Source: Candidatus Methanomethylophilaceae archaeon (GTDB taxonomy: Archaea; Thermoplasmatota; Thermoplasmata; Methanomassiliicoccales; Methanomethylophilaceae). Taken from it: a stretch of 64,000 nucleotides of DNA. The stretch covers positions 79,409 to 143,408 of the forward strand of contig JBMNQN010000001.1 in assembly GCA_050944155.1 (NCBI GenBank). Direction: 5' to 3'. Position numbers and translations under genes: made by a program. The notes under the pieces are model-generated. The model was not told the origin of the DNA and ran no database searches. It worked only from the letters and a program-made list of their open reading frames with translations. How positions within the stretch are numbered: position 1 is the first letter of the stretch; each line of letters starts with the position of its first letter. This document shows positions 37,350 to 46,608 of this stretch, piece by piece.

Positions 37350-38771
37350 ATGACCGGGCCAAAACACAGTTGCGGCGTTGTTGGAATCAGCGCCGAGAAC
37401 AATGTCGTGCCCGCTCTTCAGAAATCCCTGATGATAATCCAGCACCGCGGTCAGGAGAGCGCGGGCATTTCGGTATACAATTCCGAAGGTTCCATTGACA
37501 CGGTAAAGGACGAGGGTTTGGTTCAGAACGCCCTGCCGAAATATATTCTGGGAAGGTTCAACGGAAAAGTGGGAATCGGCCATGTCAGATATTCCACGTC
37601 CGGGCCGAAGAACTCGTCAAACGCGCAGCCTCTTGCGTCGACAACCAATTACGGTCCTCTCGCCGTTGCGCACAACGGGGACATAACCAATTTTTCCGAG
37701 CTCAAAAGCAAGTACATGGCTTCCGGATGGTCTTTTTTTACGGATTCGGACAGCGAACTCATCACCAAAATTCTGAGTAAATATTCTGCCGTTTATACGG
37801 ATCCCATAAAAGCGCTGAAAGCCACCTGCGGAGAACTCGACGGTTCTTTTTCCCTGGCGGTTCTTCTCAACGGAAGGCTGTTCGGCATAAGAGATCCCAG
37901 GGGAATGAGGCCCCTGTGCATCGGAAAGATCAGGGACGGATACATGATTGTCTCCGAAAGCGCCGCGATAGACGCTCTGAACGGAGAATTCGTAAGAGAC
38001 GTTATGCCCGGCGAGATTGTCGAAATCTCGGAAAAAGGGATAACCAGCCATCCTTACAACATAAACTCGCCCAAGGCCTACTGCATGTTCGAGTGGGTGT
38101 ACTTCGCGAGGCCCGACTCGGTCATCGACGGACGCGAAGTGTACGACGTGAGAAGAAAAATCGGAGAGGTTCTGGCAAGGGAATGTCCCGCCGACGTGGA
38201 CCTGATAATGCCCATACCCGACTCCGGACGTGCACACGCCATAGGTTTCTCGGTGGAATCCAAAATTCCCTACGAAGAGGGATTCATGAAAAACCGTTTC
38301 GCCGAACGCACGTTCATTCTCCCGGATCAGAAATCCAGGGAAGTCGCGGTTTCCACCAAAATGAACCCGATAAAAAGCACGGTCCGCGGAAAGAAGATTC
38401 TCATCGTCGACGACAGCATAGTCAGGGGAACCACTCTCAAGAAGCTGATCAGCATGCTTAAGGGTGCCGGGGCGAAAGAAGTCCACGTGCGCATCGGATG
38501 TCCTCCGATAGTCGCTCCGTGTTATTACGGCGTGGACATGAAAACCAGAGACCAGTTCATAGCCACGGGCCATTCCGTGGACGAGATAAAAGAGATAATA
38601 GGCGCCGACAGCCTCGCATACATAAGCATAAAGGGTCTGCTGGAGGCGGTGGGAAAGCCGGAGGGCGAACTCTGTCTGGCATGCGTATGCGGAAAATATC
38701 CCACCATTATTCCCGGAGAAGTCCACAGACACCAGGCTACGCTCAAAGAAAATTACGACGGCTCCGCATAA
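37350..38771 (+). CDS. purF: Amidophosphoribosyltransferase
   Basis: CGVVG, QHRGQESAG, GHVRYST, CMFEWVYFARPDS and VDDSIVRGTT motifs. Confidence 0.97.
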   Translation: MTGPKHSCGVVGISAENNVVPALQKSLMIIQHRGQESAGISVYNSEGSIDTVKDEGLVQNALPKYILGRFNGKVGIGHVRYSTSGPKNSSNAQPLASTTNYGPLAVAHNGDITNFSELKSKYMASGWSFFTDSDSELITKILSKYSAVYTDPIKALKATCGELDGSFSLAVLLNGRLFGIRDPRGMRPLCIGKIRDGYMIVSESAAIDALNGEFVRDVMPGEIVEISEKGITSHPYNINSPKAYCMFEWVYFARPDSVIDGREVYDVRRKIGEVLARECPADVDLIMPIPDSGRAHAIGFSVESKIPYEEGFMKNRFAERTFILPDQKSREVAVSTKMNPIKSTVRGKKILIVDDSIVRGTTLKKLISMLKGAGAKEVHVRIGCPPIVAPCYYGVDMKTRDQFIATGHSVDEIKEIIGADSLAYISIKGLLEAVGKPEGELCLACVCGKYPTIIPGEVHRHQATLKENYDGSA

Positions 38772-38806
38772 ACCTTTAATAGAAACAAATAATCACTGGC
38801 AACATC

Positions 38807-38882
38807 GGGCAGGTAGATCAGTTGGAAGATCGCTACATTGGCATTGTAGAGGTCGCGAGTTCGAATCTCGCCCTGTCCACCA
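38807..38882 (+). tRNA. tRNA-Ala(GGC), CCA encoded
   Basis: GGGCAGG/CCTGTCC acceptor stem with G3:U70; CTACA-TT-GGC-AT-TGTAG anticodon arm. Confidence 0.97.
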
Positions 38883-38999
38883 CTTTCTGAATTTCCCGTT
38901 CTTTCCGGAGTTGCCGCAGATTCGGGATACACTCCCGAACGCCTATGGACGCGGCATTCCGCCCTCATTCAAAGAAATTATAACCGTTACGGATATTCC

Positions 39000-39596
39000 G
39001 TGGTTATGGATACGGAAACAATCATAGAATCGCTGAAAATGCACATGCCCGAAGTGGTTCTGATTGTAGGAGGACTGCTTGCGGTTCTCATAGTTTATTT
39101 TTATCTCAAGAACGAAACTTCGGCGGGTTACAAACTGTCGGTGTTTCTGGGTCTGATCGTCGGAGTTCTCATGATATACGTGGCGACGGTTTCCTGGTCG
39201 GGACTTGCGGTTTCGACGGCAATTATAGTCGTCGTGGGGGGTTTCACTCTGGTCATAAGGCCGTTCAGATCCGTGAACTTCGCGGTCATACTGGCACTGC
39301 TGGTCATGGCCGTGGCGTACATACTGCTGGGAAGCCTCGAAGGTTCCCAGGTTTACAACATAGATATCTCGTTCCTTGCGAGCGGATGGCCGAGAATAAT
39401 AGTCGCCGTGGTTGCCGGGGCGTTGACATACATGATTACCAATTTCATAGAAGAAGCGATAAAAATATTCGGAAAACTTCTGAATTGGTGGCCTTTCCTG
39501 ATGATACTCGGTCTGATCTGTATTGCGGAAGGAATATCCGTCGGTTTGGGACACGGTTCTGTTTACGAACTCTACCTCAGCTATACCGGAGAATAA
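39000..39596 (+). CDS. Multi-pass membrane protein of unknown function
   Basis: About 6 TM segments; start may be ATG 39006. Confidence 0.8.
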   Translation: MVMDTETIIESLKMHMPEVVLIVGGLLAVLIVYFYLKNETSAGYKLSVFLGLIVGVLMIYVATVSWSGLAVSTAIIVVVGGFTLVIRPFRSVNFAVILALLVMAVAYILLGSLEGSQVYNIDISFLASGWPRIIVAVVAGALTYMITNFIEEAIKIFGKLLNWWPFLMILGLICIAEGISVGLGHGSVYELYLSYTGE

Positions 39597-39653
39597 GCAG
39601 TCCGACATGTTCCGTGTAAAGATTTATATTACAGGAGTCGTTGTTGGGTGAGT

Positions 39654-39758
39654 GGGCCCGTGGCTTAGCCAGGATATAGCGCTGGCCTTCTAAGCCAGAC
39701 GCCTCGGGTTCGAAAGTCTCATTGAAAAAAGAGACCGAAATTCCCGACGGGCCCGCCA
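39654..39758 (+). tRNA. tRNA-Arg(TCT) with 27-nt non-canonical intron at 59/60 (39715-39741)
   Basis: GGGCCCG/CGGGCCC-G-CCA acceptor; CTGGC-CT-TCT-AA-GCCAG anticodon arm. A perfect BHB in the T-arm restores TTCGAAT on splicing. Confidence 0.93.
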
Positions 39759-39799
39759 CAGGAAACCGTTGAGAAACGGCAGTCCAAGGAAGGTAAAAT

Positions 39800-39907
39800 A
39801 TGAAGAGAAGTTCACGCGCCTGGAAGAAACGCGGAAACCAGCGTTGGAAATGGCGCAAGAAGAAGATGAGAAGGAGAAAGAGAGCAGCGAAGATGCGCAA
39901 GGCTTGA
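39800..39907 (+). CDS. rpl41e: Ribosomal protein eL41 (L41e), 35 aa
   Basis: MKRSSRAWKKRGNQRWKWRKKKMRRRKRAAKMRKA* contains the RWKWxKKxxRRxKR eL41 core; SD GGAAGGT. Confidence 0.9.
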   Translation: MKRSSRAWKKRGNQRWKWRKKKMRRRKRAAKMRKA

Positions 39908-39929
39908 TCAATCAGAGTCATTCTGACAA

Positions 39930-40101
39930 GGGAGTATAGGCTAACCTGGCAGACTGGCGGGCTCCAGTTATCGAGCGTGATTTGATTGAGTTGGCTGACA
40001 GTTGTGATGAATAACTGGAGCGATGACTCAATAATTTCGCGGAGGGTAGCTCCCTCCGTGGTGGAAACCCGCTGATGGGGGTTCAAATCCCTCTGCTCCC
40101 A
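39930..40101 (+). tRNA. tRNA-Trp(CCA) with about 99-nt intron (about 39968-40066)
   Basis: GGGAGTA/TGCTCCC-A acceptor; GCGGG-CT-CCA-G | intron | A-CCCGC; GGTTCAAATCC T-arm. Confidence 0.93.
39968..40066 (+). ncRNA. Intron-encoded box C/D guide RNA (predicts Cm34 of tRNA-Trp)
   Basis: GTGATGA box, then ATAACTGGAGC complementary to the pre-tRNA GCTCCAGTTAT, then an ATGA D-like box. The N+5 rule lands on C34. Confidence 0.8.
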
Positions 40102-40123
40102 CCTTGCGCATCCCCGGTGCCAT

Positions 40124-40180
40124 TACCTTTCGGTCACGGAAGGTATTAACCTCTTTCGACTCTTTTTCTTTGCTATTTTT
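40124..40180 (+). terminator. Hairpin plus T-tract after tRNA-Trp
   Basis: TACCTTTCG-GTCA-CGGAAGGTA followed by T-rich runs. Confidence 0.55.
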
Positions 40181-40379
40181 TATATCTGCAATATTGCAAA
40201 CTCGGTTTTTATCGAAAGTCAACGGACTGCGCTGACATCGGTTCTCATGAGATCCAGGCCGGATGCGTTATTTCCGTAAGGTTCACTTTGTAAAGAACCG
40301 AGCCCACAAATTTGCGGTCGCACAGCTGTGCTACGAGGGCTTCGGAAGCCATGGTAACGGCACGTAACGCTACCGGAAC

Positions 40380-41744
40380 TCAGTTCTTGAAACTGTGTAT
40401 GGGTGCGGGTATGCGGCCTTTGCGGTTTACGAATCCGGCACATCCGAATTCGTTCACCGGCATGACGGGTCCTCCGCCGAGAAGTCCGCCGAATTCCGCT
40501 CTGTCTCCCGCCTTCTTTCCCACGACGGGAATGAGTCTGCATGCGGTGGTCTTCTGATTCACCATACCGATGGCCATTTCGTCGGCTATTATTCCGGAAA
40601 TCGTCTCCTCGGAAGTGTCTCCCGGTATAGCCACCATGTCCAGTCCCACGGAGCATACGCAGGTCATGGCTTCCAGTTTTTCGAGAGTAAGGGCGCCGCA
40701 TTCGGCCGCGCGCACCATGGAGCTGTCCTCGGATACGGGGATGAACGCACCGCTCAGACCTCCCACGTATGACGAAGCCATCACGCCTCCCTTTTTCACC
40801 TGATCGTTGAGTATGGCGAGAGCGGCGGTGGTTCCGTGCGCTCCGGTTCTTTCGATACCCATCTCTTCGATGATGTCGGCTATGCTGTCTCCCACCGCGG
40901 GAGTCGGTGCCAGGGACAAATCCACGATTCCGAAGGGAACTCCCAGTCTGTTCGACGCTTCCCTTGCCACCAGCTGTCCCACTCTCGTGACTTTGAACGC
41001 AGTTTTCTTTATGGTTTCGCAGAGGACTTCGAAATCTTCCCCTTTGACTTTGGATACGGCGGTTTTCACCACTCCGGGACCGGAAACTCCCACGTTGATT
41101 ACGGTTTCAGGTTCGGTGACTCCGTGGAACGCACCCGCCATGAACGGGTTGTCGTCGGGCGGGTTGCAGAAAACCACAAGTTTGGCGCATCCCACCGAAT
41201 CGTGTTCCTTCGTAAGTTCTGCGGTTTTCTTTATGATTCGGCCCATTTTGCGGACGGCGTTCATGTTTATTCCCGCCCTGGTGGAACCCAGGGAGACCGA
41301 ACTGCAGATTCTTTCGGTGGAAGCTAAGGCTTCCGGTATGGAATCTATGAGAAGAACGTCCGAATCGTTCATTCCTTTCTGAACCAGCGCGGAATATCCT
41401 CCTATGAAGTTGACGCCTATCTTTTCGGCCGCTCTGTCCAGGGTTTTCGCGATTTCGACGAAATCTCCCGCGGTCCTGCAGGCGGAAGCTCCGACTATGG
41501 ATACCGGCGTCACCGAAACGCGTTTGTTCGTTATGGGAATGCCGTATTCCAGTCCTATTTCGTCTCCCACGGAGACCAAATCCTTTGCTTTGTCCGTGAT
41601 TTTCGCGTAGACGGCATCGCAGAGTTCGTCCAGATTTCTGCTGCAGCAGTCCGTCAGACCGATTCCCATGGTTATGGTCCTGACGTCCAGGCTTTCGTCC
41701 TTGATCATGGTGTTCGTTTCGAACACTTCTTCAAGTTCCACCAT
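40380..41744 (-). CDS. DUF711/UPF0210 (PFL-like) protein
   Basis: [38 protein letters not shown] and C-terminal [10 protein letters not shown]. Confidence 0.93.
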   Translation of the reverse strand: MVELEEVFETNTMIKDESLDVRTITMGIGLTDCCSRNLDELCDAVYAKITDKAKDLVSVGDEIGLEYGIPITNKRVSVTPVSIVGASACRTAGDFVEIAKTLDRAAEKIGVNFIGGYSALVQKGMNDSDVLLIDSIPEALASTERICSSVSLGSTRAGINMNAVRKMGRIIKKTAELTKEHDSVGCAKLVVFCNPPDDNPFMAGAFHGVTEPETVINVGVSGPGVVKTAVSKVKGEDFEVLCETIKKTAFKVTRVGQLVAREASNRLGVPFGIVDLSLAPTPAVGDSIADIIEEMGIERTGAHGTTAALAILNDQVKKGGVMASSYVGGLSGAFIPVSEDSSMVRAAECGALTLEKLEAMTCVCSVGLDMVAIPGDTSEETISGIIADEMAIGMVNQKTTACRLIPVVGKKAGDRAEFGGLLGGGPVMPVNEFGCAGFVNRKGRIPAPIHSFKN

Positions 41745-41748
41745 GGAA

Positions 41749-42021
41749 TCAGATCCTGTGCATCATGTTGAAGATTTCTTCGTGCTGGGCCTGTATTATG
41801 CAGCCGACTTTCTCGCCCACCTTTTTCAGGTCCTCGGTCAGATCGTTGAAGCTTTTTACGTAAGCGGAAGTGTCAACGATCATCATCATGTTGATGTATT
41901 CGTCCACGGTGGTCTGTTTGATGTCGAGAATGTTGATATCGTTCTCTGCGAAGTAGTTGCACACGGCGGCGATGATGCCCGTGTGATCTTTTCCCACAAG
42001 AGTGACTATAGTTTTGCTCAT
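41749..42021 (-). CDS. ACT domain protein (UPF0237)
   Basis: [13 protein letters not shown]...NILDIKQT...[12 protein letters not shown]; usual partner of DUF711. Confidence 0.92.
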   Translation of the reverse strand: MSKTIVTLVGKDHTGIIAAVCNYFAENDINILDIKQTTVDEYINMMMIVDTSAYVKSFNDLTEDLKKVGEKVGCIIQAQHEEIFNMMHRI

Positions 42022-42022
42022 T

Positions 42023-43591
42023 TCATCCCTTCCTTTCGCTCAGCGCGATGGCATATTCCAGCGAATCCACCAGCGCTATAAGGCTGGCTTCTATGACGTT
42101 TTCCGACACGCCCACGGTGGTCCAGCTTTCGTTTCCGTCGGTAGAGCGTATAAGAACTCTCACCGGGGCGGCGGTGGCCGCTTTTTCGTCCAATACTCTT
42201 ACTTTGTAGTCCGACAGGCGTATGGAGTTGAGAACGGGATAGAATTTGGACAGCGCTTTTCTGAGGGCGTTGTCCATGGCGTTGACCGGACCGTCTCCGT
42301 CGGATGCGGTGTGTTCGATGTTTCCTTCCCGGTCCTTGACTTTGATGCTGGCTTCCGAAATAAGTTTGCCGTTTTCCGTCTCGTCTATGAACAGCCTGAA
42401 TCCGGCTATGGTGAAATGGGGTTCGGCTTCCTTTCTGAGCCTTTTCACGAGAAGTTCGAAACTTGCGTCGGCCCCTTCGAACTGGTATCCCTTGGATTCC
42501 AGTTCTTTGACGGTGGCAGTAATCAGTTCGCTGTCGCATCCTTCTTCGGTTATGCCCAGCTCTTTGAGTTTTTCGGAGATGCTCGCTCTCCCGGACATAT
42601 CGGAAACAAGAACTCTGCGTCTGTTTCCCACGGTTTCCGGGTTAATGTGTTCGTAGGTTCTCGAATCCTTCGCAAGGGCGGAAACGTGCATTCCCCCTTT
42701 GTGGGCAAAGGCTTTCTCTCCCACGTAAGGCATGGAAGACGGCGGAACCGTGTTGGAAACTTCTCCCACGTATTTCGACAGTTCCGTGAGTTTGGAAAGA
42801 TCCTTCACGTTTGTGTTTCTCCCCATCTTCAGCATAAGGTTGGGGATTATCGAGCACATGTTTGCGTTTCCGGTTCTTTCGCCTATTCCGTTCACGCAGC
42901 CCTGAACCATTTCCGCTCCCGCCTTGACCGCGGCAAGAGAACATGCCACGGCGAGTTCGGAGTCGTTGTGGCAGTGGATTCCTATCTTCGCATCGATGTT
43001 TTTCTTCACGGCGGATACCGCGTCCGCGATTCTGTCGGGAAGGGTTCCTCCGTTGGTGTCGCACAGAACTATCCACTCCGCTCCCGCTTCCGCCGCGGCG
43101 GATACGGCTTTCATGGCGTACTCCCCGTCGGAATAGAATCCGTCGAAGAAATGTTCGGCGTCGAACATGACTTTCATTCCGGATTCAACGAGGAATTCTA
43201 TGCTTTCCTTTATGATTGCCAGATTTTCTTCCTTGGAAATGTTGAGTGCCTTCTCCACGTGAAAATCCCAGGTCTTTCCGAATATGCACGCCCATTCCGC
43301 GCCGGACCCGGCGATATTCCTGAGATTCGTATCCTCTTCGGCTTTCATGCCGCGCCTTCTGGTGCTTCCGAAGGCGCACAGTTTCGCATGAGACAGATTC
43401 AGGTCTTTGGCTTTGGAAAAGAATTCCGTGTCGACGGGATTGGAACCGGGCCATCCTCCTTCGACGAAATCCATTCCGAACCTGTCCAGTTCCGTCAGGA
43501 TATCCAGTTTGTCCTGGACCGAAAAAGAGATTCCTTCGCTCTGTGCGCCGTCTCTGAGGGTTGTGTCGTATAATACGACCTTCAAGTTCAT
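42023..43591 (-). CDS. cimA: Citramalate synthase (CimA/LeuA-related)
   Basis: [40 protein letters not shown] and DYKVR motifs. Confidence 0.9.
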   Translation of the reverse strand: MNLKVVLYDTTLRDGAQSEGISFSVQDKLDILTELDRFGMDFVEGGWPGSNPVDTEFFSKAKDLNLSHAKLCAFGSTRRRGMKAEEDTNLRNIAGSGAEWACIFGKTWDFHVEKALNISKEENLAIIKESIEFLVESGMKVMFDAEHFFDGFYSDGEYAMKAVSAAAEAGAEWIVLCDTNGGTLPDRIADAVSAVKKNIDAKIGIHCHNDSELAVACSLAAVKAGAEMVQGCVNGIGERTGNANMCSIIPNLMLKMGRNTNVKDLSKLTELSKYVGEVSNTVPPSSMPYVGEKAFAHKGGMHVSALAKDSRTYEHINPETVGNRRRVLVSDMSGRASISEKLKELGITEEGCDSELITATVKELESKGYQFEGADASFELLVKRLRKEAEPHFTIAGFRLFIDETENGKLISEASIKVKDREGNIEHTASDGDGPVNAMDNALRKALSKFYPVLNSIRLSDYKVRVLDEKAATAAPVRVLIRSTDGNESWTTVGVSENVIEASLIALVDSLEYAIALSERKG

Positions 43592-44586
43592 TCCTCCCGG
43601 TTGTCCATCACCGCTATCAGGTCGCTGAGTACGGCGGACGCCGTTTCCAGTCTTCCCGCCCCCCGTCCGGTTATGGTTACGGGACCGGCCAGGTCGCTCA
43701 GGATTTGCGCAGCATTGAGCGTTCCGTTAACCGCAAGAGGGTGTCCTTTGGGTATGAGCCTGGGGGCGACTTCCAGTTTCGTGTCCGTGACTTCGCCTAT
43801 CAGGCGTATGACCATGTTGCGGGATTTGGCCAAAGCTATCGCCTCTTCGGTTATTCCCGTTATTCCGGTAATCGAAACGTCGGAAAGCACCACGTCCCGG
43901 TGGAAAACCGAGTTGGCAAGTATGACCGCTTTGCAGGCGCTGTCGTATCCTTCGACGTCTCCTGCCGGGTCGGCTTCGGCATATCCCAGCTGCTGGGCTT
44001 CTTTGAGCGCCTGGCCGTAGGGCTGTCCGCTGTCCATTTTGCTCAGTATGTAGTTGCAGGTCCCGTTCAGGATTCCCCGTATCGACTTTATGTTCTCTCC
44101 CACGAGGAGATCGTGGCAGAGGTTGATTATGGGCATTGCGCCTCCTACGGAACCTTCGAATTTGAATTTGCATTTTTTCTCTCTGGCTAATGCGATAAGT
44201 TTTCCGAAGGAAATCGCCAGAGGACCTTTGTTCGTCGTAATCACGTCCTTTCCGCATTCCAGGGCGTGGGTTATGTTTATCAGCCCCTGCCCTCCGTCTT
44301 CGTAGTTGGTGGGGCTTACTTCGATCAGTATGTCGTAATCGACCGAATCCAGAACTTCCAGGGCGTCAGTGTAGGTTTTCTTCCCCACCTTACCCGTTTC
44401 CGTTTTGACGGAGACCAAATCCAAAGGTGCCAGTCCTTCGGGGTCGGTTATGTACGTGCGGGAATCCATGACTCCCACGATTTTCACGTTCTTTCCGTAA
44501 CGCTTCTTGAAAAATTCTTTTCTGGATTCGAGAACTTCCGCCACTCCCTGTCCGACGGTTCCGAATCCCGCTATGAACAGACGCAT
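43588..44586 (-). CDS. hom: Homoserine dehydrogenase
   Basis: [43 protein letters not shown] and GRGAG motifs. Confidence 0.96.
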   Translation of the reverse strand: MRLFIAGFGTVGQGVAEVLESRKEFFKKRYGKNVKIVGVMDSRTYITDPEGLAPLDLVSVKTETGKVGKKTYTDALEVLDSVDYDILIEVSPTNYEDGGQGLINITHALECGKDVITTNKGPLAISFGKLIALAREKKCKFKFEGSVGGAMPIINLCHDLLVGENIKSIRGILNGTCNYILSKMDSGQPYGQALKEAQQLGYAEADPAGDVEGYDSACKAVILANSVFHRDVVLSDVSITGITGITEEAIALAKSRNMVIRLIGEVTDTKLEVAPRLIPKGHPLAVNGTLNAAQILSDLAGPVTITGRGAGRLETASAVLSDLIAVMDNREE

Positions 44587-44587
44587 T

Positions 44588-45100
44588 TCAGAGCCCCCTT
44601 ACGTACGTTATCGCGCCTTCTTTGCAGGCCGCCCTGAGGAATCTGTCCAGTTTGTCCAGATCCTTTTCGTCGCGGACCTTTACGGAAATCATAGCCGTGC
44701 GTTTTTCGCTGGAGGTGTTTCCGGAAGAGTACTGGATATCCACCGAATCGATGTTCACGGCGGCCGAAGCCTCGTCCATGAGCTGTTCTATGTAAGATGC
44801 GGTTATGTTTCCTATGAGCATGTATTCCATGGAAAAAGTGCTGTACACGGATCCGATGCTGGATATGATGATGTCCTTGGATTTCCAGATGTTTTCCAGT
44901 TTTTTGAGCTGTTCGGCGTCTTCGACCTCGAAGGTCACGTCCAGAGAGATTCTGCGGTTCACTATCTGTTCCCTGTCGTGAACAACGCCCATGATGTTGC
45001 CGCCGACCATGGATATCGGTTCGAGGGAGCCTACCAGCTGTCCGGGAAGATCTTTGACGTACAGTTCGGCATTTACTATCATTTGCTTTCCGTCTGACAT
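44588..45100 (-). CDS. Tandem ACT-domain protein (probable regulatory partner of Hom)
   Basis: KDLPGQL...GGNIMGVVH; start at MSDGKQ after a GAGG SD; directly upstream of hom. Confidence 0.82.
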   Translation of the reverse strand: MSDGKQMIVNAELYVKDLPGQLVGSLEPISMVGGNIMGVVHDREQIVNRRISLDVTFEVEDAEQLKKLENIWKSKDIIISSIGSVYSTFSMEYMLIGNITASYIEQLMDEASAAVNIDSVDIQYSSGNTSSEKRTAMISVKVRDEKDLDKLDRFLRAACKEGAITYVRGL

Positions 45101-45258
45101 TCCTCTCTTATTAATTATATTATCGCCCGCGCGGTTCCGCACACACAATCGGGAAATGCACAGTGCCAGTACCGTTTTTTGCTTATATTCGGAGGTAAAC
45201 GAAAACAAGACGGCGGCGGGAATAAAAATTCTCCGAAAGAACGCATATTTCTAGAAGA

Positions 45259-45334
45259 TGGTGCGGACGCCGGGATTCGAACCCGAGTTCTAACCTTGGC
45301 AAGGTCAAGTGATAACCAGCTACACCACGTCCAC
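45259..45334 (-). tRNA. tRNA-Gly(GCC), CCA encoded
   Basis: GTGGACG/CGTCCGC-A-CCA acceptor; TGACC-TT-GCC-AA-GGTTA; GGTTCGAATCC. Confidence 0.95.
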
Positions 45335-45435
45335 AGGGTAAGCCCAAGATTGACTTTTTGATTATAAATTTTGCCTTGTTTCGGTGACGAATCCTTAAAT
45401 AACACTTCCATATTGGCAACACCTGAGGTAATAAG

Positions 45436-45585
45436 ATGGCGCGCTTTAAAGAGGCCGAAGAAAGGCTCCTTAACAAATCGGTATGCATGAACTGCTATGC
45501 TACGAATCCGCCCAAGGCCGAAAAGTGCCGTAAATGCAGGTACACCAAACTCAGGCCCAAGGCGAAAGAAAGCAGAAAGCAGTGA
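45436..45585 (+). CDS. rpl40e: 50S ribosomal protein eL40
   Basis: [49 protein letters not shown]; GAGGT SD; absent from the ORF track. Confidence 0.96.
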   Translation: MARFKEAEERLLNKSVCMNCYATNPPKAEKCRKCRYTKLRPKAKESRKQ

Positions 45586-45699
45586 TCTCATGTCCTTTTC
45601 GGGGGTCCGGGGCTCCGGTGCCGCCGGATTTTTCCCGTTCTCCCGCCGGACTTGGGTTAATATAGTCCTTGGGCAGTCCGTATATCCGGAGACAGACGG

Positions 45700-46599
45700 A
45701 TGAAAATTCTCGTTGCCGAAGACAATACGGCCATTCAGGAAATTCTCAGAGAGATTATCGTCTCTACGGGTAACGAGGCTATTCTGGCATCCGGAGTAAA
45801 AGACGCTTCGGACGCGGTATTCGAATTCAATCCCGATCTCATTTTCCTGGATATGTACCTGGAAGGGGAACCGGGACTCAACGTCATAACCACGGTTCAC
45901 GAAGAAGACGTCTCCTACCCGATGAAAGTGTACATGATCAAAAACAGCAGAGATTATGTACCGAAGGACAACGCGTTCATCGTCGGCGAGATAGAGAAAC
46001 CCTTCGAAAGTTCCGAAATCGTCAGAATAATAAGCGAAGCGGAAAAAATACCCGAAGAGGTTCCCGCGCCCGTTCCGGAAAAACGTCCGATATGGAAAAG
46101 AAAACGCACCGAAAAGGTACAGAACGTCGAACCCGAACCTTCGGAACTTCCCGCCGGAAAAGCTTATCTTTTCATAGGAAACGGTTCGGACGTGGCTTAC
46201 GCACATGCCATTGAATTTCTGACCGCAGGTTACGATCTGATGGTGATCACCGGAAGCAAAATCAAAGCCGTCAGGGACAAAATGAAATCCGAATCGGTGC
46301 AGGTGATGGCGCTGTCTTCCAAATCCCTGCTGGGATACAAGGACGCAAAAAAACTGGGCACGCTCACCGAATCGGTAAACGCATTCATAAGGGAAAAAGA
46401 ACGCCCGGTCATTCTTTTCGACAATCTTTCCGTGCTCATAGAGAAGAACGGAGCCAACCGCATTCTGACGATGCTCAGGCAGCTTACGTCCGACAACGCG
46501 GAAACGGCAACCTTCATTATATCCGCGGAGGAAGGCTCTCTCGGAAGCAGGGAAATCGAAATAATGGCCAGCAACATGACGGTCAGGACACAGAACTGA
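45700..46599 (+). CDS. Response-regulator receiver domain fused to a DUF835/RecA-like domain
   Basis: ILVAEDN...DLIFLD...EKPF receiver; C-terminal PVILFDNLSVLIEKNG resembles DUF835. Confidence 0.78.
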   Translation: MKILVAEDNTAIQEILREIIVSTGNEAILASGVKDASDAVFEFNPDLIFLDMYLEGEPGLNVITTVHEEDVSYPMKVYMIKNSRDYVPKDNAFIVGEIEKPFESSEIVRIISEAEKIPEEVPAPVPEKRPIWKRKRTEKVQNVEPEPSELPAGKAYLFIGNGSDVAYAHAIEFLTAGYDLMVITGSKIKAVRDKMKSESVQVMALSSKSLLGYKDAKKLGTLTESVNAFIREKERPVILFDNLSVLIEKNGANRILTMLRQLTSDNAETATFIISAEEGSLGSREIEIMASNMTVRTQN

Positions 46600-46608
46600 G
46601 GCACTCGG

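Noticed and set aside
39630-40110. RNase P or SRP RNA
   Set aside because: The region is fully explained by two tRNAs and rpl41e; no P4 or SRP helix-8 consensus is present.
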